Below, one piece after another: positions 25,201-39,300 of a DNA stretch of 64,000 nucleotides. The notes beneath the pieces were generated by a model that saw only the letters and a list, made by a program, of their open reading frames with translations, ran no database searches and was not told where the DNA came from. The translations under genes were made by a program, and so were the position numbers. Source of the DNA: Tubulanus polymorphus. Its lineage: Eukaryota; Animalia; Nemertea. Where the stretch lies: NCBI RefSeq assembly GCF_964204645.1, contig NC_134029.1, positions 8,086,850 to 8,150,849 on the forward strand, in the 5' to 3' direction. How positions within the stretch are numbered: the first letter of the stretch is position 1; every line of letters starts with the position of its first letter.

Positions 25201-28200
25201 TACAATAATGAAAATGAAAAGAAAAATGTTGTTATCATTTGAGCGTTTTCCTCATAAGACCTCCGAAGGACTGCAGGAAAAAATTGAGTGAAAATTGTGA
25301 TGAATGCGAAAAATGATGGGAAAAATGAAAAACAGACTAACTATTTTACAAATAAACCATTTTACAGTTGCTAGCCGCCATTTTGTTAGGGTACTTTTGT
25401 CCCGTATTGTTGGGTCATTTTTTTCTCTTTTTTAAAAACTATCCGTGATGTGTATTGTATCATATTTCATCTGTCCATGGATGGATTTTGACAACTTCAG
25501 CAACATTCAAACCGCGTGAATCTCTAGTTTTCAGTTATGTTTAAATCATTTCTCAAATTTACAACAATGCGACATGAGAGCGATATAAAAATCGGTGGTC
25601 AGTTTTTGCCGTGCGCATAGAAATCCAGGGTACTGAAATTTGAAGTTCGTTATTTTCAGAAATAATTTTCTAAAAAATCCAAACATTTCATGCACTGTGC
25701 GCATAAACGCCCCCTTTCAGGTGAACTTTGAAATTTTAAGATATCTTGCCTAGTTCTTTTCCTATGGCTCTTTAACTGCAGCGCGTGTATTGTCATTCCG
25801 CGATTTGGCGCTGTTTTCTTTGCGTGTATTTCAGTATATGGGTGTTATTTCTTCATTTTCACTACACTTGTCTCTACGGAAAATGGTTTTAATTGTTGGT
25901 ACGAGTATCAGGTTTAAATATTACGGCATTAATACTGTATTCCGTTCTCCGGCGCTAGTTCGTAATGGCTGTAATGGTAACCGCTTTTACGGCAGGCAGA
26001 GACTTACGTACATGCACCCAAGAAAACCCAAAATATCACTCTTTTGTTGTAAATGCAATCCACACACTTCTTGCGTTTTTGTGATGGTAGATGTCACTTT
26101 TTACTTTTTATCACCGGCGTCTGACATTCGAACTTGATACTTGATATTTCACCACCAAAACAAGAAAACGTTTTCCTATATTTTCTTCCCAATCTAATCA
26201 ATCTTGAGTGTACTTAATAGAAAGTATTCATAGAAAGTAGCTGAATATTTGCCCCACCCCATTTGTCCAGCTTTTTGACCACTTCTCCATCCATCTAATT
26301 TCAGTAGATTTTTATGTAAATTTATTGATAGACTACTGATTTAAATGGTCATCATACTCGATTTTGAGTGCTATATTTCTTTTCTTCTTCCATCTCAATA
26401 TAGGCCCATATATTCTCTTCCCGCGCGCAACTTCGAATGCGTGATCAAAATGCCGCTCAGTCTCGATGCTAAAACTGGTCAGAAAAATCCCTTAAACCCC
26501 AACATCTCTAATGTCTCCGATCTATTATATTGCATAAACGACGTGATATTTAAACCTGATACTCGTACCAACAATTAAAACCATTTTCCGTAGAGACAAG
26601 TGTAGTAAAAATGAAGAAATAACTCCCATATACTGAAATACACGCAAAGAAAACAGCGCCGAATCTCGGAATGACAATACATGCGCTGCAGTTAAAGTGC
26701 CATAGGAAAAAAACTGGGCAAGATATCTTAAAATTTCAAAGTTCACCTAAAAGGGGGCATTTATGCGCACAGTGCATGAAATGTTTGGATTTTTTAGAAA
26801 ATTATTTCTGAAAATAACGAACTTCAAAGTTCAGTACCCTGGATTTCTATGCGCACAGCAAAAACTGACCACCGATTTTTATATCGCTCTCATGTCGCAT
26901 TGTTGTAAATTTGAGAAATGATTTTAACATAACTGAAAACTAGAGATTCACGCGGTTTGAATGTTGCTGAAGTTGTCAAAATCCATCCATGGACAGATGA
27001 AATATGATACAATACACATCACGGATAGTTTTTAAAAAAGAGAAAAAAATGACCCAACAATACGGGACAAAAGTACCCTAACAAAATGGCGGCTAGCAAC
27101 TGTGAAATGGTTTATTGGGAGATTGAAAATTAAGATTAACATATGTAACTTTTGCAAGTTTCTAGAAAGTTACTAGATTGAAAATCAAGATGGATATTAC
27201 AAAGAAAAAATATTTTTTGAAATATTGCAATGAAAACATGAAGGAGGACTAAAAACAATTTGATGATTTTTACAGAATTCTGGGAGCTGAATCCGTACTC
27301 CAAGTGATTTAAAAAAAATGCCTTATCAGTTGTAAATTGAATAGTGAACGTATCATTTTCGTTCGTTTTTTTCCCTCATTCTTACGACTTTCATCGTGTT
27401 TTGTTGCCAAGGTAAACTCGGGTCGGTCAATTATTCAAGTTCGATCGGTGATTTATTCATCGGTGGCGTTAATAATTGATAGTTGATTGAAGTTAATTGC
27501 ATTCCGAAGCCGCCCGACTTTCCGGCAGTCATTGATCTGTATTGAAGCAGCTACGATCGACGTGTCGGCGCGATTATCGATTCCGTATAATGGATATCGG
27601 AGATTGCTTTTCGCGATTCGACGCCCGGCGAAATTGAAATGATTAGCCCCAGCCGTCGCCCCGACCTAAGAGGATTTGCGTTCGACTGTCAATCTATCAG
27701 TAGGAATAAGCAAGTAGAGCGTATTTTGTATATGCTTTTCATCAAGTGAAGTAGGAAACTGGATGTGGGGCCAGCGCGCATAAATATCGTAGCTTAGCTA
27801 TGCCTGTCAATAAAGGTTGGTCATTTTTGTCAAAGTGTTTGGCGTGGTGTCGTTACATCGAGGAATAGGCCTACGAGTATAGCGGCATTCACACGAGGAT
27901 TTCAGTTCGGGGATTTCGGTTGGATTAGATTGTTCGAGGCCTATTCGCGGCTGATTCGATACCGTACTGAAATACCGGGCTTATTAAGCGTGGAAAGTTA
28001 TTCCGCACCAAAAAACCGATCTCAGTACGGGGCTTAATAGCTGGCCGCGTATTTCCTACCAAGGTGATGCCATCAGGTTCGAATCCCTGCCCAAGGAGGA
28101 GGAGATAAGTCGATAATGAACCCAACCCTGTTAGAACAAGGTTATTTAAGAACGAGGCCAAGGAAGTGTGTTGATTGAATCATCTTGATACTTAAATCAT

Positions 28201-30311
28201 CATATCTTTTCAATTGTCTGTATTGTTCAATATAAGTCAGTTGTCTAGATAGGCCCTATAATAGATTCACTGTTGCTGAGTATTCTATGACAAACTCTAT
28301 ATACCATTGTCCAGATGTTCAGTAACCCACGCACAGAAAATCCATCTTATCTACTTCGTAAACACTTTGTTGACTCAAAAGTTTATATTACAGTAACTCA
28401 TTGATAATTTTGTCTGCCGACAATTGTTTGTATTTGCTGATTCAATATTTAATATGATGGATTGTCATTAGAATGAATCTCGATTACCTGATCGTAAAAA
28501 GTGTTTTTCCAATTTTTGTTGCTTTGAAAAAGTTGTCAATTCGCCTCTTCTCAATATTAAACAAAAACAAGTTATGATTAATTTGTTAATGAATGAATCA
28601 CTGGCTTCGTCAAACCATTGTTTTCATGCTTGCCTTTGTGAAACCTGGGCTCGAACCTACAGTGCAGGTGGAGCCGGGGCTAATGATTTTGACGATGATT
28701 TTTTTGAAAGGCTGAATCATGATACTCGTTAGCAATCTTAAGTAAGTTATGTATCCTAGGATCCAGTTTCAATTTGTCATTGGCATCTTATCAGAATTTC
28801 TATATTGTGAAACTGTAGTAAGTGCATTTCCTGTGATGAGGAGTGAAAGGTGCTGATTAAGTGGAATACAATCTAATGTACCAGTACCGGTATCTTTTTT
28901 CTGGAATAATTGATATTCTCAACAGAAGTAGGCGTATTAACGTATTTACAAGGACACTTAAGGGAGAGACCAATATGTAGAGATATTGAATAATTAATTA
29001 GCATGCTTTATGATACCGCAGTATATAAGGGGGCTTTATTCCACTTGCATCAGGTCCAATATCAAAACAAATACATGTACTGCGTAGTTAGCTTGAATTT
29101 GCTGCGTCTTAAGCACAACGAATTAATAGAACCAGAATATGAAATAATTTTAGGGATCGATCGTGGGTTTGTGAAATGAGTGACAAGAGGGTGAATAATT
29201 CAGGCCGTGTTGACCAATGATTTCTTTATTTCATTACAGGAACAAAAACGCTTCTTACAGTCGAGGACGATATGACATCTCAAGAACTGGTAAGTGAATC
29301 AATAGTTACCATACTCCACGTATCCGGAAAATTTCTTAACCCTTTCAGTCTGTCTACACCGTTGTGCGATGTATTAATCGTTGATTGACTTTGCTAGTAC
29401 ACCGCACTGCGGTGTATTGATCTAATTCGTAAAAGATTTTATATCTAATGAAAGATGACAGCACCTATCAAACACATTTAGATAAGTAACTAAAAAACTA
29501 CTTTAATGATGCATTATAGTGGATGCCTGTAATTTGATGCACTGGGCTGGAATCTTTCAAAAATTTTCAAATTATCTACCTTTAGGGTATTAATTAGTCA
29601 GCACCAAAATTGTTAAATTTTCACAATTTTTTTTTTATTCATCTGCGAAGTTCAAAAATAGCTAAAATTGACTCTACCTCAGGCATATTTTATATCAATC
29701 ACAAAAAGATTTTCGTAAATATCCTTGAAAATGTATCAACTCTGTTTGGGTACTTAAACAGTTAATGAAGCTGAAAAGACTGGAATTTTTGTTCTTTTAA
29801 GAGCGATTCAAACTACCGAAGTACAGTGTACATGTTTTTAGATTTTGTCACCCTAGTAAATGGAAATAACCTCATCGTAATTATAAAAACTACCTAGTAC
29901 TAAATGATGGCGTTTCTTTTTTTTCCCCAAATAAAAACGACGTATTAAATTTGAAATATATTTTTGCGCACCCGGTAATAGCTCTCAAGATAAATTTATA
30001 GCCCACAATAATATAACAGCGCGAGCGGGCGTACATATCACAAATGGAAATTTCATGCAGTATTCTTTTGTCGGCGATATCGGAGTTTCTATCGCGCGGC
30101 GTGTATTCCATCCATCGCGATACACACACGTACGGCAAAATTATAAGGACCTCTTCACGTTTTTCACCTGTCATTATGAAACTGCGCCGGCGTCCCGGGC
30201 CACCAGTTTACCGTTGAATCCGGTAGTATCGATTTATATTCCGGTGTTTTCCGACACAACGGCAGAGTGGTTATGTAGGGAAATGCATTACATATACTCT
30301 GCCTCCTGTTC

Positions 30312-30349
<38 letters not shown>

Positions 30350-33300
30350 CATATATATATAAACAAACGATACAAGCATTTATCCGAAATTTGAATATGT
30401 AAACGATATTCGGAATACAATGCGTTCTGACCGGAAATAAGACTTAATTATGGAATAAGAAGCATAACTTAAGCAGTTCGTGTAGACACGTTTCTGAGGT
30501 AGTAACTGTTTAATCGGAAAATAATGGATACGTAGTCGATTATATACAAGGACGAAAAGCGATATTTTATGGATACGCGTTCGAAGTAGGCTATTCAGTT
30601 TAAAGAGAAAAGGCTGTTTTTTGGAACCGGTGGAGTTGTATTGATTTTGATTCCAGAATCAACCTGATTCTTGTGCGGGAGAGGTATTATTTTTTTGTCT
30701 GAGATATGAGATACTGTACGTCTTACTTTACTTTTTTGGATTTCTATATACGTCAAGAATATAATCTGTTCTGTACTTTTCACAAAGGTTGGCAATAATT
30801 TCTGGAGGAATGTGCATTATAACTAATTTACTTAATATCATTTATGTCTTGATATTATAGCATTATTTTCTCATTTCATCATAACAAGTTTTTCCATTTT
30901 CGGTATTCGTGCTCGATTTTTTATTTCAAACCTTGCTACGGATGAATTATATTTTTAATGGTATTTTCCATACTGCACAATACAACAGATGGTTTTTAGG
31001 AGTAACAATAGTAATATAGTATCATTGTTTGATTTAATTCAAAAACATGGCGCCAAAAATGCAATATGTTCAAATTGAAAGTAGATCAAGACCTAGTTTT
31101 ATGTCTAGGGTCAAGAATAAGTTCATATTCAATGATATTCAGGGTAGAATTTAACTCGCAACTATATATGAAACTGACTCTTCTGCTAGATCGGAGGGCC
31201 ATCAGACATCGTTTAAAAGATAATGATAATAATAATGATATTTATTTCTTATATTCTGCACTCCGTTAACATTTCAGCGTGGTTTACAAATATACAAGGC
31301 TATAAAAACAAATTAAAACGGTCAATTAGAATATTGCCTAAAGAGAAATGTTTTCAGCTCAGTTGAAAAAAGTCTGTAATGAAAGATTACAAACCCTAAT
31401 GACCTTTGGTTATTCATTTCAAGGAATTATTGTCTTAAGTTCTTAGAAATATGGTAATAAGGTTGGTAATAGAAGGTACATATCGTCATAGTGGCCACAG
31501 ATTGAGTTGAGACATCAGCGGGTGTGGTCTTTATGTGCAGTTTGCGTATACATATATATCTACATCTGCAGACCAGACAGACAGATGAATCATGAAATGT
31601 ATATGTTCGTTGTAATCGATAGAGATGGCTGTTTTAATTGTATAGTTAATGCCTATACGCGACGATAGCATGTACGGATGATTAATGATAGGTTTGTCTA
31701 TTGGAAAATTTGTCAGAATCGGAAGTTAAGTTGACGTCGTTTTTCATTTCATATACAGTAGACTCGATCCGCTCTTGTTGGATCCAATCAACTCAGATAA
31801 CCGTTCAACGCAGATGTTTTTTGAAATATTTTTTGTGACTTCATATATGAAATACATAACATCCAACTAGGATATCACTCAAGTCAGACACATGTTTACG
31901 GTCCCAAAAGACCCGACTTGAGCGGAGGCTATACTACTGTATACCGTAATTCAATTTCAATAGGTAATGACCATTCAGGAAAAGTCATTCCTTGACCATC
32001 TTCCCACGGCAGGGATTGATGGCATTGTTACACTTAGCCATGGCAAGATACCCTGCCGCACTAGACCGGGTGCGCAGGTACATGCACAGCTTTGTCGCAA
32101 GAAAACTCTCTGCCGGTTGTATAAACGCTAAATGAAAAAAGCCAGACTGAAATAGAATGGGATTTCTGATTGGCTTATAATGACATCATCAAAGCTGCGC
32201 ATGTAGCTGTGCACCCGGTCTAATGTGGCAGGGTTTCGTACCGTGGCGATTAGTCTCAATGCCATCAGGTTCGAATCCCTGCCGGGGGAGGGGGAGGATA
32301 GTCCCTGACTTCCTCTACAAGTGTTAAATTTGAAATAACCTCAAAACTTGGTTTTACTCGAGAGAAAGTTTTATACCCCAATTTGAATAGTCAAATTTGA
32401 ATTGTCTGAAATCAAACAATGACACACTTCTTTATGTTTTTGAAAACAGACAATTTGTGCACTACTCGTATAAATTGATGCGAATTGAGTTGTTAGTGAG
32501 AAATAAGATTTTAATTGAGATTTAGATTACTCTCACGTGTGGCATATGATATTAAGTGTTTCTTGGCATTTGATTGTTGTAAAGCGCGTGCTTGGATTAT
32601 TTTATGATTTGAGGTGATTTATGAATGCAGAGCACAGCAGGTGTAGAAAAGTCTATGAGAGATCTTTCATGATGCTGTGGAAGTTCCATAAAACTTGAAA
32701 AAACTTGGTTTTACTCGAGAGAAAGTTTTATACCCCAATTTGAATAGTCAAATTTGAATTGTCTGAAATCAAACAATGACACACTTCTTTATGTTTTTGA
32801 AAACAGACAATTTGTGCACTGCTCGTATAAATTGATGCGAATTGAGTTGTTAGTGAGAAATAAGATTTTAATTGAGATTTAGATTACTCTCACGTGTGGC
32901 ATATGATATTAAGTGTTTCTTGGCATTTGATTGTTGTAAAGCGCGTGCTTGGGTTATTTTATGATTTGAGGTGATTTATGAATGCAGAGCACAGCAGGTG
33001 TAGAAAAGTCTATGAGAGATCTTTCATGATGCTGTGGAAGTTCCATGCCTTTCCACGGAGAAAATCCCTACTAACTCAAGCTGTTACAATATTAAGTTGT
33101 ACAAATAGGGAATGTTAAATATCTATGTCGCAACTGGATTCAATCCTTTTAGAATGGGGTCTACAGGGGAGAGTATGTTTACACGTGAATCCAGGTTTCT
33201 CTGATGATGGAGTTTAGTTTCTGTAACTGCCAGAAAATCAATGTGGGTTTCTACTTATCAAAAACAACTGGCATGATGCTACTGCATGATGCTACTGGGT

Positions 33301-36300
33301 TCTATAAAGTGACAATTATGCCTTATTAAAAACCAATTTTGTAATTGATATGATATATTTGCCGCTTATGATCTGCCCAAATCTTTCATATTATCACGTA
33401 TTTTGAAACTTTATTTAGAGAAACTTTGTCAAATTCTTCAGGACTTTTTGATTCTCGAGCTACCATTCCGAGACCCGTATACAACATATCCAAAAAGCAA
33501 TGGGTAATGCATGGTAATTTTGGAGTTGCCTCATGCATTCAGACTGATTCGATTCTGAACTCAAAAACTTTTTTCGCCTATGGCTTGTATAAGAAATATT
33601 ATGTATTTTTGCTTGTATGAATATAGATTCCCGTATAAATCAATGTTAGAACCAGTGAGGTTTAGCTATAAATTCCGGGTTGCTTCTATTTGGTTAAATT
33701 TCGAGGAAACTTTTTCTTTCAGGGCCACCTAACTTTCTACACAGCTCCCAGCGTTAACTGTACTTATAACCACATTTCCGCCGATAGCGTTCAGCCGCCA
33801 TTGATTCCGAACGAAACCGATATCAAAACCGTGCCCAAAACATCTACGCCGCTTAAGAAATCGGCGGAAAGCGACGGGAATCAACGTCATGTCGCCGATT
33901 CGTTGTCGTCATCGGAGAAACCTTCCTGGACAAATCGCAGCGATTCCGGTTACAGCTCGCGGGGATCCTGGTGGAACGACTGGCAACAATCGACGATTCG
34001 CGAAAACCCGATCTATCACTCATTAGAGCAGACGGATTCGTTGGATCGTCGCGGTGACGATGATAAAATCTCCATCCGCGAAGAATCGCAAACGCTGAAA
34101 CCGACTTCGATAGCGGATGATAACGGTATGGGCGTCGTAGTCGGCAAACAGGCGAGACCGGTTTATGAAATCGGCAACGGTCTAGAGCGTAAACAAGTTT
34201 ATGACGGAACGATCGCGCCCGAAGAGACGAGCCCGAACAAGTTCGGTATCAATTTCGGTCGACGAGAAAGTCGCGACGAAAAATACCGAACGACGCCGAA
34301 TTCGTGGAAACCGCGTGACGTTGTTAGTTCGGCGCAATGCCACCAGGTGGCCATATCACAAACGTCGGACAACGAGGATGATTTCAGCGGTACGATAATC
34401 ATCGATCATAATCCGTCGTCCGCGTCGCGATCTCGCGTGAAACGAAACAGCGTCGATTTGTACAAATGTCGTCGGCAATCGGGCCGCGATTTTACGAACT
34501 CAATTATCGCTCGTCCAGATGGTGCGGTTGAAAACACGCGATCGATAACAGCGACTCGAAATGATAAATCTCCCGCTGACAGTAATGGCGCTGGTACTGG
34601 TGCACGCCCGAAAGTACCAGCTGCGGCGTATGACCGCCGGAGGTCGTTGGAGAAAACAGCAGATGTCTCTCCCGGTCAATACAAGGCGAACGATGTCACG
34701 AATAAGGACGAAAAAGACGTTGTTATATTGCAGCGATTGCCGGGCGAAAAGTTAGGGATGGGCTTGCACATCGAAGGCGGCGAGGAGGACCTGACGAAGG
34801 TCACCGGCGTTTTCATCGAGAAGATCACGCCGGGCAGTCCGGCAGACGGTGCCACCGATAGCATGCTTAATCGGTTGAAAATCGGCGACGAGCTGATCGA
34901 GATAAACGGAATGCCGCTGCGCGAATTATCGCAGGCCGAAATTCTGTCCGTATTTCAGGAGTTACCGCTGCGAGTGATTTTAACGATTTATCGCGGAGGA
35001 TGCGCGGGTGCCGTGACCAATCGTGCTGCGGCGGCGATCTGCGATCGACGCGTCGTCCCCGAAAGTGAAACAGAAAGCGACAGCAGCAAAGCGGAAATGT
35101 CAGAGGACGACGAAGACGACGCGATCGTCAGCGATGTTTCGGCGACGGTTGCTCGACGCTCGAAATTATCGTCGGCAAGGTCGAGTCGTATCAGCAGTCG
35201 AGGAATACCGGACGGATTCAACAAACACGTCATCTTACTGCACAGAGACGTGAAAGAATCGTTAGGATTAAATGTCATTCCTAGTTACGGATCGACGAAA
35301 GGCTATTTTCAGGTAATTATGAAGTTCTGCATGTAGTGCTTTATCAAGAATTTACTCTTTACCGGGGTAAGTAGAATAATTGGAATTAGATTGGAATTGT
35401 AACTATAGTCTCCTAGAGCACCTAGTTCCTGGGGGTTTGATTTGACTCTTAAAAAATCAATAGTATATTCTCATTCATAATAAAATCAATCATCTCACGG
35501 CTGTGTAGCTGGATACGCTACTACCAAATGCAAATGGTTTACAGGATCGCGCTTGTATTTTAAAGGAATTTGAATCGGAATAACAAATTCTAGGATTTTG
35601 GTTTGCTAACTGAATACCAGTACTTTAATGTAATATAAACACAGTGTATCATTGATTATCATTAACCTGCTCTCTTGTCCTTCCGAAGGGTAGTTGAAAT
35701 TGCCAATTCACTGAACTGTACTATGAAGTTCTTTGTAAACAATAGCAAAATGGCTTGTTACCATATATTGATAAACTGCCTTCGTATCTTTGTTCCTTTA
35801 AGTGGTTTCTTACATTAAAAACAGGAGTAAAAAAACGAAAATTCCGATGAGCATGAATAAACTGGACTCCAGTTCAGTTGAGGCATCCCCTGGTTGAGAG
35901 TAGCATACTACTTTACGCGGCTTGTAAAGCTCCAAAATCTGTGTCCGCACTACACAAAATATGCAGCCATTTCAGTACAGTACCTTAATCAGGTTTCACT
36001 ACCGAATCACTTACCTCGCTTAATAAGCCCGGTATTTCAGTACCGTACTGAATAAGCCGCTCCAATAGGCCTCCAATAATTCAACCATGTGAACAGGTAT
36101 AAGTACTTTACTGAAGTCCTGGTGTGAACAGAGGTCACAATCCAGTACGATCCCGCTAGAATTGAAAATTTGAGATTTTCCTTGAAAGGAATTAAGGGAA
36201 AACTTTCTCAAAAGATGCAATTTAATTTAATTCGTTGCCAACATGGAAACTATTTCGAAAAGATAAGACAAGCGAGAAAATACTGTCATTGTAAGCATAT

Positions 36301-39300
36301 GAAGTCTCTATTAAAAGAGATCATAGATTATTCAATAGATCGAATCGGTAACCCTTTCATAAAGGTGATCATTCCCATCTGTTCCCGTAATAAACAAAAT
36401 GAATTCACTAAGTTTCTACAGTTCTCTTTCTCTTGAGAACTGCAGCACGAACAAATCACCATATACAATATTACAATTCATTTTTGTGCACGTATTATGC
36501 ATAGCAGGGCACATATTGTATTCTGATAGAAATAATCTGCAAACTCTGAAATGCGGTTTTTCATTGTAAGGGATTTTTTAAAATTCATTTTAATCAATGA
36601 ATCAGGAAATTACCATATGAATTGTCATTTCAAAACATTCTCGTATAATAAATCAACTGCTTTGAAACCTGTACTACAACTGCTGCAGAGTTTCAGTAGT
36701 AGTGTACGGTATTTGATGAACGATTTGAAATTAATCGGAATAAACATGAACATGTGGCATTGTTTAAACTGAAAAATGCCGTTTGATTTGCCAATACATA
36801 CAATGGGTTAATGGGAGTAATGACTTAGATTCAGGGTAGAAATAACCTCCTTTTTATAAGTAAGGGTTATCTACAACTTAGTAGAAAACCCTTGTTAATC
36901 ATTACTGGTATACATAGATATATCTTCCAATTTTTAAGCCTAAAGGCTCCACAATTTGATAGTTCCATCATTGATTTTTTATCATAGTTGGATTATAGGG
37001 TGGGGTTAAGGATTCAAACAAATTAATTCTATATTTAATTTGAATTCAATGTAGAAAACCTGTTATTGCTGCTTTGCAGCTATATTTAATTATTCTGATT
37101 TTAACGAAGTAGAAAATTTGGTGCTTATTTTTTAAGGTTTTTACACCAAACTAAATTGGTCACATTTTCCAAAGCACAAGAGGGGCATTTTAATCAAATG
37201 ATTAATTTCCAAAAAGTTGAAACGTAATTGAATTCAGAGCTTTCTGCTCATGCACGGTATGCAATTATATCTACCCCAGGGGCAATTTATCGGAAAACTT
37301 GCCCACACCAGTCCCACAAAATGTTCAAATAACTCTTAATTAAACGTCTTTTTGATAGTCAACAATGAATTCCTCATACTGACTTGTGCGCCCTTTCAAA
37401 TAACTGAAAGTATTCCACGCTGATATTTTTCGACATAGTTATTATCATAGTACAACCTGCTGGTTCTGCATAAAATACAATGATTAATTGGCGTACGGAT
37501 TACCATATACTAGGCCTTCTAGGCTTCTAACCTGATTTCTGCCAGACACAGTTGAACGCATTCACACGGCTAGCGTCCAGCTAATCGTTGGATTATATTG
37601 AAATTAATTCATTTAGTTGACCGCATTGTTCAGCCGTCCTTGTAAGTTTTTAGCTTACATGTAGTTAAATGTTAGAGCGACATATATTTCCGTGTATGCC
37701 TTATATCTTGCGTTGGGAATATCAATACATAGATTTCATGCCAGCATTTTGACTTAGCTAATAATTTGAATTTCTAAGGTAATGTTTACGCATTATTAAG
37801 ATTATTGAAATGTTTATATAGGTTATTTTAGGTTATTCATATATACCGCTTTATAGACAGGTTTTGAGTGTTGTAAAACATTTGAATTTACATGCAATTT
37901 GATTAACATTTGATGAGAAAACTAAAAGAAAAATGAAATTTACATGAAATATATTTGTTTGACATGAGATTGAGGGGAGAGTGAAAGTACAGCTCCGATC
38001 ACACAAACATTTTTGACCCTGGCCAAATTAAGCTTGTCCATAATGACCTAATCATCTTTTCTCATTTATCAGGTGAACAAAATTCTTGCCAGTGGTGTCT
38101 GTCATCGGTTCAGTGAGGTGAAGGTCGGAGATCGGGTTTTCGCGATCAACGGCATTCCGTTGTACGGATTATCGCACGTCGAATGCAGCAATACGCTGAA
38201 ACAAGCTTCCGGTGATATAACCCTGGTCGTGCTGCGTCCTGATGAGGATTCAACGCTATCTCGCGACGACTCGACAGACGACGATGCGACCGTCGACGGC
38301 GAACGCGGCGATTCGTACCTTGACGTGAAACCGGAACGCGCCGAAATTCCGAGCCCGGAACTCGTGCGGTGGCGACGTTTCAGCGGTTCGGGCGGAAAAT
38401 CATTCCACGACGCGCACCATCGGAAAAAGATACGGAAACGAAGCGCGTTGCGTACGCAGGAAAATGATAAGAATTTTAAAACTGGCGGCGACGTCCATCC
38501 GAAAGCATTAGAAACTCAATACAATCCTCTATTCGGTAGTCTGAGTGTGCGGTTAGCATTCGCGCAACGGCAAATATCCATCGATTCGAACGCGCCGCTC
38601 GATAAACGCGATAAAAAGCGACGCAATATCAAAGTTCGTAAAAGCGTCGTGCCGTCGGACGATATGAATAGCAACTTCTTCTTGTTCGATTTGGACGAGC
38701 ATCAGCCTGCCAGGCAAAACGGCGAATTGTACGAAACGATGCATTTATACGCGAAAAACTGGGCGAGCATCAGCGGCGGGGACGGTCAACAAATCAATCG
38801 CGAGAAAAACGAAGTGGACGTCTTCAATTTTCATAACGTTAATAGTAGTGTTTATTCGCGGTCAGATGCGTATAGTGTACCGGAATACGCGAGCGATTCT
38901 AACGATGCCGAAATGTTGTTGCAAACGATATCCGAAGAGCGAGAACGGGCTTTGTCTCCGGCGATATCGGGCCGGTTGTACACGGTGTGTCCGTTGGACA
39001 GGTTAAGTCAGAAAGGAGACACCGACAATAACGACAGCGAACTGAGCGCCGACGATGTGTCTACACGCGGAGCGAAGAAGTGTTTAGTGAACGGCGAGAC
39101 CATTACGGTTCCGATGACCGAAATCGATGATCTGTTGGAATATCTGAGCGAGGAAGAGCGCGCGATAAATGCGAAAATTGATAACCATCACGGTGCGGTT
39201 GGTTATTCGGTGAATAAACCATTAGGGATTGTGATCAACGGAAAGGTTATAACTCCAGTTACAAGTGAAAAGAGTCTATCGTCGAGCGGGCTTGAGTCTA

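Noticed and set aside
25790-26746. Two similar ORFs on opposite strands (SFRD.ALFSLRVFQYMGVISSF...)
   Set aside because: They are mirror images produced by the 575-bp inverted arms and show no transposase or other recognisable motif.
32255-32285. GGTTCGAATCCC as a tRNA gene (also 28076-28087 and 5245-5256)
   Set aside because: No acceptor, D or anticodon stems can be built around it; it sits inside MITE TIRs.
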